A model generated the notes under the pieces. It made no database searches. It had not been told where the DNA came from and was given only the letters and a program-made list of their open reading frames with translations. The position numbers were made by a program, and so were the translations under genes. Below are positions 11,522-22,866 of a DNA stretch of 64,000 bases, piece after piece. Origin of the DNA: Hyaloraphidium curvatum SAG 235-1 (lineage: Eukaryota; Fungi; Monoblepharomycota); NCBI GenBank assembly GCA_025558095.1, contig JAIVFI010000037.1:372001-436000 (forward strand), read 5' to 3'. The first letter of the stretch is position 1, and each line of letters opens with the position of its first letter.

Positions 11522-12076
11522 GATTTCGAAGGTCCCTACTGAGCCACCCACACCGGGGCGCGTTCTACGCGTACGGAGCCGACCAAGTCGATGTTGGGCC
11601 ATCTTCTGCCGTGGACAAATCGCGATTCACTTGCCATTGCTGGTCATCCGGCCTTTGGCCGCGCTTGTCGTGCTTGATTTGGCCGCGTTTGTCGTGCTTG
11701 ATGGTCGCGATGGTCGCGAGCTACAGGCGCGCCTTCAACAGCAGACGCGTGGAGTCACGCGCAGCTTCCGCAAGCAAGCGCCAGACAAACAACAATATGC
11801 CGAGGTCTGGAATATCCCTGTGGAATGCCGCAGAATTATGCTTACCAATACGCTTTGGGCATCCGCGCGGATGCGGAAGTCGGATTGGTCAGCAAGCGAA
11901 GCGCGGGCGTCGAGGAGGCGTGTAGCAGGAGGATGAGTGGTAGCTAAAAGCCCTCGAGTCATTCGTATTCGTACAATGGGGCGGGCGTGGCGCACTTCGC
12001 CTCGGGACCCCAGGACGCGCCGCGCGGATTTCGAATATGGTCCCTACTGAGCCACACACAGACCGGCGCCTTCTAC
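11522..12076 (+). repeat. Imperfect ~50-bp direct repeat pair enclosing a 24-bp tandem duplication
   Basis: Core GGTCCCTACTGAGCCAC at 11531 and 12039, flanked by GATTTCGAA and TTCTAC; TTTGGCCGCGYTTGTCGTGCTTGA twice at 11654-11701. Confidence 0.8.
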
Positions 12077-13039
12077 CCGATTGCTGGGCAGATTGCCCCG
12101 GCGGCACCGAAACAACCTCCGGGGCCCGACCGCATCTCACCTAGCACTGTCATTCCGTCGCCGACGCCGCTCTCCAGGGATCGTTGTGCCCGACGGTCGC
12201 TGGCCCTGGCCTCGCCCATGAACCTCCCGAACTAGGCCCATCCATGCAAAACCTGGGTAATGTCACAAGAATGGACGCCAGAATCCGATTTCCCGATTCG
12301 ACCCGTGCAGCACTCGCTGCGCAAAAGGAGTCATACGGTTGAAGGGCCGTATGATCCCCGAACCAGCCCGCGCGACCGACTCCCGTTAACCAGGCGATTG
12401 CGAGCTGCAGGTCCGGCAGGACGATGCGCGATAACTAGAAGCCCTCCAGTCCTTCGCCGCTGATGCAATCGGATTGCTAGATGTGAGGACCAGCGAGTGC
12501 GGACTTGGGTCGGATCGGAGACCGCCGACGACGATCTGGACCTGGACCCCAACTCCTGCGCGCCGTTGTTCCTCCTGCGAAACGCCAAGCGTCGTCGTCG
12601 TGGATGGCACCGAATCAATCCGAAGCATGCTGCCGAGCGACAGAGGGTGGCCGGCGGGCGGGCAGCACGTCACGGGGTCCGGCGGCGGCGGCGGCCGTGC
12701 ACCGCCATGCGGCCCGGAGCCGCCGCGGGGAGGGTCTCGATCCTTGCCGTTCTTGTCGGACCGGTGTGCCGCCACGCCCGGGCCGCCCTCCAGCGCGACA
12801 CGGGCCCATAGCCGGCCGGGAGCCTCGTGCGGAGCGGAGCCGCGCCCGCCGGAGATGGCCGCACGAAGCCCAGCGCCGAGCCGGGCGCGGAGCCGGCCTT
12901 TGGAGTTTCGCGCGCGAAGCTTCCCGGCGGGATGCGCGCTGCTCCGGCGTTGTGCGCGTCGGCCAGGGTTAGGGTTGCCTTTATCGGCGCGGCCCGACGC
13001 CTGCCACGAGGCCCGTCTCCCGCCTGCGTGCCCGTCGCC

Positions 13040-15887
13040 ATGTCTGCCTCCGCCTCTGGCTCCGCCCCGCCGCCGCCGCCCGAGGAGCTGCCGCCGCCGC
13101 CGCCGTTCGAGGCCACGGCACCGGGCGGGCCGTGCGCGCCGTGCGTCCGGCGGGCGAGCGGCAAGGGGAAAGGCAAGCCGTGCGACGGCAGCCGCCCCTG
13201 CGGGCAGTGCAAGAACGACGGCACCGACTGCTTCGACATTCTGCCGTCGCCCGACGCCGGCGTCCCCGTGCCGCCCGCGCCGGACGACGAGAGCTCGTGC
13301 ACAACCCACGGGCGCGAACCGCGGGCGCCCCGCGTCGCGTCGGGCCCGCCGCAGGACCGCCCCGAGCCGGCGGTGGAGGGTCTGCCGACGATGGACAGCC
13401 TGAGGGCTACCGTGGGAGACGTGCTCGGCCGCGCGGGCGAGAGCACCGCCCTGCACGCCGGGGGACCCGGACTCGTCCCGCCTGCCCCGGCGCCCCTCAA
13501 CACGGCTCAGGCGGAGGCGGTGCGGCAGCAGATGGACGACATAACCATCACCGCGCGCCAGATCCCCGCCTACGACGGCCCTGGCGCGCTGCCCGCCGTC
13601 GTATTCACGCTGTGCTGGGGGGCCGCGACGTTCGCGGCCGGCGACGACGCCAACGTTCTCGCCCTCCTTCAACTCGGAATGGTCGGCGTTCTGTTCTTCC
13701 TCTCCCATTTCCCCGTCGATCCCAGGCACGTGTGGGGGACGCGGCCGGGGCGGCGGGGATACACGCAGCCAGCACCCCCCCTGGCGTCCTTCGCCCGGGC
13801 AGGATTGCTATGCTATTCCGGCCTCATGGCTGCGCTCCGCATCGCGGCGCAGGGCGGCGCAGAGGGTTCAGTGGGGCCGAACGCGTCGGTCCTTTTCGGG
13901 GATATCTTCCCGATCTTCGCCCCCGCGACCCGCGGAGGCGTGGACCTCGGCAACGCCACCCACATGACGCTTGTGCGCCTCATGATGGAGTTGTACCTGA
14001 TGTTGGGTGGCCGGGTATTCCCCGTTCACTCGGGGTCCGGCTCTCGCGCGGTTCTCACCGTGCTGGTCAGGATGGCGCGGCGCAGCATCCCCCTCGTGTT
14101 CTACGTCCTGGGCCAGCCCGTCACCATCTACCTCCTCCTCGACGTCAGCTTCAGCCCTTCCTTCCCTCGCGCCCCGCTCGTCGTCTTCATCCCGGCGTTC
14201 CACCTGGAACAGACCCGGATGGGCGAGCGGTACGTTCTTCACCTCGTGGCCTCGGACGCCATCGCGTTTGCCGCGGCCGGCATCTTCTTTGGCACCCAGC
14301 ATGCCCTCGCGACTGTGAGGGCGTTCTGGAACAGGCCATTGAGGACGGCCGCGGAAATTGCCGCTGATTTCGTCGAGTTCCTCAAGGGCTGCACGGCGGG
14401 GGAGCGGGACTTTGCCGAGCGCCTTCGGGCGCAAGGCGTGGCCCTGCTGGACGTGATGGACAGGGTGTGGTGTTTCCGCGGCGGTGAGCACCAGCGTCGC
14501 GGCGCAGCTGGCCACCCGCTGATCGTGTCTTCCCACAGGCGTCGTCATTCACCAACTCTGGGACCTCGCGCACCACCTCCTCACCCTTGCCCTCGGCTCC
14601 GTGGAACGTGACGCCCTGCTCAGCTTCCTCACCGAGCGCATCCTGGCCCTCCCCTCCATGGTGCGGTCCGACCCCCGGCGGCGTCGTGCCGAGCTGCTCG
14701 CCGCGTTCCGCGAGCGGGGGCTGGGCTGGTTGGCCGACATGCTCGTCCAAGAAAGGTGCTTCGGCGCCCTGTCGGCGTGGATCGGCTGGGGACAGGGTGG
14801 CCTTGTCACCGCCGCGCTCGTGGACCGTGCCGTCGAGGTTATCACCGCCTTTTTCGGCGGCTCCATCCCTGCCTCTTTCTTCCCCGTTCTGCGCGGCGCC
14901 CTCCTCGACGTGCCCGCCGGCAACCCCGTCGCCCGCCAGAACGCCCTCCGCGCGGCCCTCCTCGAGGGCGACCTCGGCGAGCTGGTTGCGATGCTGGAGG
15001 CCGCCGGGGCCGTGACCGGGCTGTCGGCTCTGCTGGGCAGGATGGCTGCCGCGGAAGCTGGCGCGGGAGCGGCTGGCCTCGCCAGTGCCGCGCTGATGGA
15101 CCGAGCCGTCGACATCATCACCGACTTCTTCGGCGGCTCCATCCCTGCCTCTTTCTTCCCCGTTCTGCGCGGCGCCCTCCTCGACGTGCCCGCCGGCAAC
15201 CCCGTCGCCCGCCAGAACGCCCTCCGCGCGGCCCTCCTCGAGGGCGACCTCGGCGAGCTGGTTGCGATGCTGGAGGCCGCCGGGGCCGTGACCGGGCTGT
15301 CGGCTCTGCTGGGCAGGATGGCTGCCGCGGAAGCTGGCGCGGGAGCGGCTGGCCTCGCCAGTGCCGCGCTGATGGACCGAGCCGTCGACATCATCACCGA
15401 CTTCTTCGGCGGCTCCATTCCCGCCTCCTTCTTCCCCGTTCTGCGCGGCGCCCTCCTGGACGTGCCCGCCGGCGACCCCGTCGCACGCCAGGGCGCGATC
15501 CGCGCGGCCCTCCTCGAGGGCGACCTCGGCGAGCTGGTTGCGATGCTGGAGACCGCCGGGGCCATGAGCGGGCTGTCGGCGTACCTGGGCACGATGGCTG
15601 GTGGCGTTAAACGTGCAGGCGGCAGAGCCAGGGCCACGCTCATCGACCGTGCCGTCGACATCATCACCGCCTTCTTCGGCGACTCCATTCCCGCCTCCTT
15701 CTTCCCCGTTCTGCGCGGCGCCCTTCTGGACGTTCCCCGTGGAGGCGGCCGCGTGCGCCAGGGCGCGATCCGCGCGGCGCTTCTCGAGGGCGACCTCGGC
15801 GAGCTGGTCGGGCTGCTGGAGGACGCCGGGGCGATGGGCGGGCTGTCGGCACACAGGTTGCTATATTCGCGTCGGCGGCTTGGCTAG
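13040..15887 (+). CDS. Zn2Cys6-like protein with five C-terminal copies of an unrecognised helical domain
   Basis: CAPC-x12-CDGSRPCGQC-x6-C cluster; the 55-nt intron 14484-14538 joins ORF 12827-14611 to ORF 14601-15887 in frame. Confidence 0.75.
14820..15860 (+). repeat. Coding tandem repeat, four units with periods of 276, 276 and 270 nt
   Basis: Anchor TTCGGCG(G/A)CTCCAT at 14853, 15129, 15405 and 15675; the first units look essentially identical. Confidence 0.95.
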
Positions 15888-16200
15888 GGCAAAGTGTAAC
15901 AGAGTTTCCTGTTCTCGGACCTGCCGACTCCATCGCCCGGCTCCTCGTCGACCGCGTCCAGCCGCCCTCCGCCGAGCTCGCCGACCTCCGCTCGCAGCTT
16001 CCCGGGGGCGCACGTTCTAGCTGCCAGCTGGCACCAACGACGAGCTTGGCGGGTCGATCGTGACAAGCCGGGAGCGGATCTCATGAACGACAACGCCGCA
16101 GCTCACCGCAACAGGGACTGTAGCCAGCGAAAATCCGGCGCAGCCGGCCGTGCACAGCGTGACAACTGCGAGCGCGGCAGCACGGCGGTGCGACCCCCCT

Positions 16201-16524
16201 TCACCCCCCCGACGGACACGCCGTCCCGACCGTCACGTACACCCCCGCGCCCTTGAGCACGCTCCACAGCCCCACAGCCACCGTGAACGCCGTCAGCAGC
16301 AGCCCCCTCACGGCGCCGGGGCTCACGCGGAACCCGAGGAACCGCGAGCCGCACGCCTCGGCGGAGGACGCCATGGCGCGGAGCAGCCCGGACCCGCAGC
16401 TGCCAGGCTTGCCGCCGGGCTTGGCGCCCTGCTTTCCGCCCGACGCCGTCAGCTTCGCCTCCGCGCGGCTGCGGCGCCACTCGGCGAGCAGCTCCTCGCG
16501 GCTGCGCGACGCGTTCTCGTCCAT
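16201..16524 (-). pseudogene. Chimeric ORF: unrelated N-terminus fused to the C-terminal TM7 region of the GRL/DUF3537-like family
   Basis: GSRFLGFRVSPGAVRGLLLTAFTVAVGLWSVLKGAGVYVTVGTACP matches the ends of the 21238 and 33944 genes; the first ~43 aa (MDENASRSREELLAEWRR) do not. Confidence 0.7.
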
Positions 16525-16556
16525 CGCGGCAATCGGCGACCGACCTGCTGGAGCGG

Positions 16557-17141
16557 ATGGCCCGCACCGAATTCTCGCCCGACGACAGGGCCTTTGTCGA
16601 ATCCGTGCCCATGTTCTTCCTGGCCACCGTGGACTCGCGCGGCATGCCCACAGTCAGCTTCAAGGGCGGCGCCCCCGGCTTCGTCCGCGCCACGGGCAAA
16701 TCCGAGCTGTGCTTCCCGCTCTACGACGGCAACGGGATGCAGCTCACCCTCGGCAACATCGCCGCGACGAAAAAGGTCGGCCTGCTGTTCGTTGACTTCG
16801 AGAAGCCGCGGCGGCTCCGCGCCCAGGGCATCGCCAGGCACTCGCAGGACCCGGCGCTGCTCTCCATGTTCCCGGGCGCGCAGTACGTCTGCGTCGTGGA
16901 GGTCAAGCACCTTTACGTCAACTGCGGGCGGTACATCGCCAAGGGGCATCTGGAGGTGTCGCCGCACGTGCCCAACGCCGAGGGGAAGCAGCCCCTTGCG
17001 GGGTGGAAGCGGCTGGACGTGATCGGGCCCGTGCTCAGCGAGCGGGACAAGAAGAAGGTCGAGCAGGCGGGGGGGTACATCGGGATCGACAAGTACACGG
17101 GGGAGGACGAGCCGGACATGGCGACGCTGGCCGTGCAGTGA
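16557..17141 (+). CDS. Pyridoxamine 5'-phosphate oxidase-like FMN-binding protein, probably 5'-truncated
   Basis: DRAFVESVPMFFLATVD..G.PTVSFKGGAPGFV, YDGNGM..TLGNI, VGLLFVDFE, NCGRYI; homology extends upstream of the ATG (DLLERM) and then breaks at about 16540. Confidence 0.85.
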   Translation: MARTEFSPDDRAFVESVPMFFLATVDSRGMPTVSFKGGAPGFVRATGKSELCFPLYDGNGMQLTLGNIAATKKVGLLFVDFEKPRRLRAQGIARHSQDPALLSMFPGAQYVCVVEVKHLYVNCGRYIAKGHLEVSPHVPNAEGKQPLAGWKRLDVIGPVLSERDKKKVEQAGGYIGIDKYTGEDEPDMATLAVQ

Positions 17142-17712
17142 GGGCGTGACCGGCTTCAACCCGTGTCCGCTGTAAATAAGGCTGAAAAAGAAGATAGAGT
17201 GGATGATGGGGCTGGAATCCATCCAGAGGCGGCCTCGAAGCACCCGAAAGTCGGGCGCCATCGAAGGCCGAGATCACATCGACCAACTTCGAGCTGGACC
17301 TCCGCCCCCTTTTCGAGCTACACATGCCTCCTGAAGCAATAATGCATCGGATTCCAGGGGCAAATGATATGGCTCTTTGTCTTTGGCCAACGCGGACGTG
17401 GTTCGGTGGCGGTGGCAAACGCGGCAGCGTCCCTAGTGCCCTGCTGCCCTCCAAACCCGCGCGCCCTTTTGCGCTCCATGCCGGCGTCCGCCCGGCCATA
17501 TTCGCCGGTTCGCTTCAGAAAGTCGCCGAGTTGAATTTCCGGGTGCGATTCGTCGGCTGCCGCCACCTCCGCCGAGCGACTCCTGACGCATCGCCGCGCG
17601 TGCCTCCAGGCCGTCTGCGGGCGCCCGCCGCCATTCAACGCGTCGGGCGCCACATTCGTTCTTTGAGAGCCTTGCTGCCCCGGAAACGGTTGGGCGGCAG
17701 CACGCGCCAGCG

Positions 17713-19525
17713 ATGGCGGGCTGCTTTGCTCTCCCCGCGGGGCTCCGCGAGACGCTCTGTGCCGCGTTCGCCGCCGCGCTGCCGGGCAACACCGTCTGCT
17801 TCGCGGAACGCGGTGTCCTGGCATCTTTGCTGGCTGGACGCGGAATGCCCGGCGGGGAGGGCGACCCGCGTTGGTCGCAGCTCTACTCCTCTGCGCCGAT
17901 GGCCGCCCTGGCGCTATGGGTCGGCGCGCGGGTGATCGTGGCGACGACGGGCAACGCGGAGCTGGAGCACACGGTGCCGGCGCTCGAGGCGCACTACCTG
18001 TCGGCCGTGCGGACGGAACTCTCGCGCTTCTGGAAGGACGTCGCCTTGCTGGGCGGCAGGCGCCGCACGGGGTCGATGGACCGCGGCCGCAGGGCCCCCG
18101 GCGCAGCCCTCCGCACCCTGCCCAACCTCGCGCTGCTCTATTCCCTCTCCCTGGCGGCCGGCTTCTCGCTCCTGCTCATGGGCAGGCCCGATGCCGCCCG
18201 TGCCATCACGCGCCACTTGGCCGCCGCCCTGGCGCTCACAAGAGTGCCTGGGGAGCTCCCTTCGGAGACGTTTCCGCGCGGAGCGGATGACCTCCTGATT
18301 GATGAGCACTGGCGTGATGTCTTTTGGCTGTGCATGGCCCTGGACGCGCTGCTCGCCTCGTTCGCCGACGACGACATGGCCTTTGATCCTCCTCGATCCT
18401 TCCCGGACGTGCCCCTGCAACCCCACGCCGTCCTCCTGGCCGCCATCCCGCGCCCCGACGCCGGCCCGCCCAACACGGCCGTGCCCGACGCCGTGGCCTT
18501 CTGCGACCGCCCCCGGTGCAGGGACCTCCTCGGCTTCCTGGACCCGCTGCAGGACGGCATGCCGCCTCCGACGGTGCCGCGGGAAGTCACAGTGCGTACA
18601 GCCTACGCGGACTACATGGACGCCGGCCCCCTGGCGCCCTCCACCGGGCCGGCCTACGCGCTGTACCAGGTCTCGCGGTTCTGCCGCTGGTTGCGGGAAG
18701 AAGCTGGCATGTCCATGCTAGGCGTGCTCGCGGCCGAGGAGCTCCTCCGCGATCCAAACACCCCCAGGGCCACCGACGCGCTCTCGGTGATCCTCCGCGA
18801 GACTCTGCTGCGCAACCCGCTGCTCAGGGAAGCGGTGCGCGGGCGGCGGCATCTGCTCGACGCCGTGGGCGCCATGTCCGCCGCCGCGCCCGCCGCGCGC
18901 ACGGCCGCATGGGAAGCCGGGGACTGGGATGCGCTGGATGCGGACCTGGGCAGGCTGCCGGGGGACGCGGGGCAGGTGGTGCTGGGGTCGCTGGCGCTCA
19001 CTCGGCAGGTGAGGATGATGCTGGTGAGCCCCGAGCCGTTCCAGCCGGGGTGGTTGGGGGACGACGAGGCGCTTTCGTCGGCGGGGGCGTCGTCGGGCGA
19101 CCCCCGCGGCGGAGCGTGGTCGGAGGATCTCGCTGGGGAGGACTCGGACGACGCGGTGTCGCAAGCCTCTGATGGATCGGGCCCTTTGGCCGCCGACGAC
19201 GCCTCCTTCCGGCACGAGATTGAAGCCGCCATGCTGCGTATCTGGTCCGGCTCGCCCTCCTTTGCCGAGGCCACCTCCTGCGCTGCGGGGATCGCCGCCG
19301 GCCTGCGCATGCTCTCGGCGCGCATGGCCGCGCAGGACCTCCGCGGCAACTTCTACCTGCTGACCTTCGGCTCCGCCTCGGCCTCCCACGCCGCATGGCT
19401 TGACCTCGTCGTCCTCCGGCACCTCGGCGGCCCCGCCGCCCTGCACTCGGACGCCGCCACCCGGAGCTTCCTCGAGGACTCGGGCCAGCCGCACCACCAC
19501 CGCGCCGGCCTCCTCCTCCGCGGCC
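17713..19525 (+). pseudogene. Fungal-specific transcription factor middle-domain-like protein, 3' end replaced by the Hyi fragment
   Basis: RDVFWLCMALDALLA resembles the Fungal_trans RRxFWxxxxLD motif; long GC3-rich ORF that turns Arg-rich after 19525, where the Hyi frame begins. Confidence 0.55.
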
Positions 19526-20167
19526 TCCGCCGTGCTCCGCTCCGCCGGCCTCGCCGTATCGCTGCTCAACGTCGGAATGGGCGACTTCCTCGCCGGCGGC
19601 CCGGGGCTGTCGGGCGTGCCGGGGAGGGAGCGCGAGTTCCGCGATGCGTTCGCGAAGGCGCTGGAGGACGCAAGGATATTGGGCGCCCGTGCATTGCACC
19701 TCGGGCCGTCGCGGGTTCCCGCCGGGGTGCCCAGGGAAAGGTGCTTGGAGGCGTATGTGGAGAACACCGAGCACGCGCTGGCGCTTTCGGACGTGCCGCT
19801 CCTGGTGGAACCGCTGAACGCGGTGGACAACCCGACGGTGCTCCACTCAGACTTTGACGCCACCGCCGAACTGCTCCGGACCCGCTTCGGGGGCAGGCTG
19901 AAGCTGCAGTTCGACGCGTATCACGCGGCGATGAACGGCCTCGACCCCGCGGCGGCGTTCCGGAAGCACTTGCCGCTGGTGGGCCACGTGCAGTTTGCGG
20001 ACGTGCCGGGGAGGGGCCCGCCGGGGTCCGGGAACGTGGACTTTGGCGCGTTCTTTGCCGCGGTGGACGACAGCGGGTACGGGGGTTACGTGGCGGCCGA
20101 GTACATGCCAAAGGTGCCGACGGCGGAGACGCTGGGGTGGATGGAGGCCCTTGCGGGGCGTCCGTAA
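19520..20167 (+). pseudogene. hyi: Hydroxypyruvate isomerase, C-terminal fragment (~215 aa, no start)
   Basis: LRSAGLAVSLLN, LLVEPLN, LKLQFDAYH, VGHVQFADVPGRG.PG.G.VDF, GY.GYVAAEY are Hyi motifs. Confidence 0.9.
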
Positions 20168-20192
20168 TAAAGGCAGCTGCCCCGAGCCGAGG

Positions 20193-21030
20193 CTACAGCT
20201 TGAAGAACCCCCTCCTGGGCCTGTCCACGCCGACCGTGGTCTCCGTCACGGGGCACCCGGCCTTTTTCAGCACCTCCCGCTGCTTGGTGGGCGGCACCTT
20301 CATGCAGATGTCTTCGTACGGGGCCAATGACTTGGCGGCGGGGTGGTCCCGCATCCGCGCGAGAAACTGCACCAGGATCGGGTAGAGTTTTGGGTCGACG
20401 AGGTGCCCGCCCCGTGCCCACTCGAGGTTCCGAAAAAAGACAGCGACCGAGACGTCCGCGACCAGCGGGTCCGCCGTGCCGAAGAGGTATCCCCCGCCTG
20501 CAGCCGGCGAATCCCTCAGCACCGATTCCAGGTAGGTGCAGATCTCCGGCACGTCCACCTCCATCACCCTCTTCACCCGCTCCTCGTCCGGCTTCTCCCC
20601 CCACACCGCCCGCCCGATCACCCTCTGGTTGAAGAACCCCCAGACGAACGCCTCGCCCATCCTCGAATCCGCAAACTCCTCGATCCACCGCGCGCGCGCC
20701 CTGTCCGCCGGCCCCGTGCGCGGGTAAGCGGGGCGAGGGAAGAGAACAGCTCGTCGAGGTACTCGCACGCGGCGGTCGAGTCCGGCACGGCGAGCGGGCC
20801 GTCGATGAGCACGGGGACGCGGCGGAGGGGCGAGAGGAGGGTGAACCCGTCGGAGCCGTAGAACGGGGTGATTGGGCTGCCGGGGCGCGTCAGCGCGAGC
20901 CCGGCGGGGCAGGAGGAGCGGCCCACTCGATCTCCCAGCCGAGGCCCTTGAGGTTCAGCGCGATGAGGAGCTTGCGGACGTACGGGCTGGGGAAGGGGCC
21001 GATGACCCGGAAGCGCGGCGTGTCTCCCAT
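20193..21030 (-). CDS. Glutathione S-transferase, bacterial-like; one intron and one 1-nt indel
   Basis: SPYVRK, LSPLRRVPVLID, DSTAACEYLDE, ADRARARWIEEFADS; intron at about 20878-20927; one extra T near 20728 restores PLYPRTG. Confidence 0.85.
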
Positions 21031-21237
21031 GTCGCGTCGCCTTCCGTAGACGCCGTCTCCGCCCAACGGGCCACGGAGATCGGCAGCGAAGCGAATTGAC
21101 GGGGATGAGCCGCGTATTGAGGTCGAGGTGGGCCGCTTCCGCCCTCAAAAGGTTGCAATTTTCAGCGTGTTTTGATCGCGCATCGCCGCCGCATCGATCA
21201 TTTCCGGGTTCTGGGGATCTCACCGTATCCCAGCAAA

Positions 21238-22782
21238 ATGAAGGTCTTCACGCCGCGGGAATGGCTAGTGCTGTTTCCCACGCCCCCGACGGACGTCGAC
21301 CGGCGCGGCGGGCCGCCGTGCGACCCCGCCGCGGCCCTCCGCGCGGACGACCCGCTGACTTTCGAAGCGCTCGTTGCGGGGCTGCCGGACCCGCTGCTGC
21401 GCGCATCGACGGTCGCCGCGAAGAAGCTGGAGCCCTTTGCCGCCCGGGTCGTCCTCCGCTACGCGTCGTTGCTGTGCCTCGCGATGGCGCTGTACGCCGC
21501 CGCCGCCGTGTTCAACGAGGGATACTACGGCACCGCGCAGTTTGCCACGGCATTTGCGGGCTACGCGGCGTCGGCGGGCTCCTCGTCGGCTGGCTTGTGG
21601 CGACACGATTCCGTGACGGCAGCTGGGCGCAGATCTACCGGCCTTTCGGGTGCTCTTCCGACGACGGCGGAAGTTCTGAGGAGGCGCCGGCGGACGTGAG
21701 CGTGCACCCGTTCGCCATGATCACGCGGTGGCACCAGCTGGCCTTGCGCTCCCCGGCCCCCGGCGATTCCGACGACGTGGAATTGTGCGCCATCCCGGAC
21801 GCCGGCGCCCTCTTGAAGCACGATGCCGCGGACCCGGACGGCCCCTGCCCGCTCCCATCCTGCATGGGCCGCGCGCCGCGGTCGGTGGGACTGCAGAGGG
21901 TCTCGCTGGACGTCTTCCAGTGTCTCGTGGAGCTGGCCGAGTGGCTCCTGTTCGTTTACTCGCCGGCGGTCGTTCTCGGGCGGCGCATCTGGACATCCCC
22001 GTGGGCGGCCCCCATTGCCGCCGTATACTGTGCGTGTGCTTGTTTGGCCGCTTCCGCCTCCGCGCCGAGTCTGACTGACGCCGCCCCGCACGCGCTCGCC
22101 AGTTTCCGTACTCGTAGTGCACTCGGCGGCGACGACGTTTGCACGCAGGATGACCACGCTGTCGGCCCTCACCCTCGCCCGCAAGCTGCACCACCGGGCG
22201 GTCAAGCTCGCCCTGGACGATCTCCTCCGGCGGTGCTCCTCGCCCCCGGGCCCGTCCGATCCGACCCCGGACGACGCCTACGTCCGCCTGCACTGGTCGC
22301 TCGTCTCGACCTACACGACGCAGCTTCGCTGGCTCTCGCACGGCAAGGGTCTCATCATCGCCTCCATCTTCCTCTTCGTGGCCTGCGCGGCCGCCAACGC
22401 CGCCGTCGGCGGGTGCGTCCCTTCCTACTACGTCTACATGGTGTGCTACCTCTGCCTCTTCCTCTCGGAATCCATGTCCTTCGTCGCGGTGTGGAACCGC
22501 AGCATCGCCTCGGTCGCAGAGATGTACCGCGACGCCGAGGCCCGCCTGGTTATGCTGGAAACCCCCTCGGGCACCCCCGGGGCGCTGGAGCGGCACGGCC
22601 GGCTGCTTGGGCTGCTCCGGGGGGGGATTGCCGCGCGGCAGGGGCGCTGGCTGGGGTTCACGGTGGGGCTGGCGACAGTCAGAACGTATCTGGCGACGCT
22701 GTTCACCGTGCTGCTGGGTATGTGGACGCTGCTGAGGGGCGCGGGGATACGGTTCGTGGCGGATTCGGTGTGCCCCGGGTGA
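21238..22782 (+). CDS. GRL/DUF3537-like 7TM protein (one frameshift near 21620, one intron near 22031-22102)
   Basis: Colinear homolog of the 33944 gene from LVLFPTPP to RWLGFTVG..TVR...LGMWTLLRGAG...CP. Confidence 0.7.
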
Positions 22783-22866
22783 CCCTACCTTACGGGGTTG
22801 CGGTGGACGGAGAGGGTGTTGCAGAGTTAGGATCTTTGTGCGGGCCATGCTTTCTTGAGGGAAGGA

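Noticed and set aside
14820-15860. CRISPR-like or satellite array
   Set aside because: Unit periods are 270-276 nt, multiples of three, lie in an open frame and have no unique spacers: a protein-coding repeat.
2815-19525. CCGCG as a target-site duplication of the island
   Set aside because: Joining through CCGCG puts hyi out of frame, and the 5-mer is very common at this GC content.
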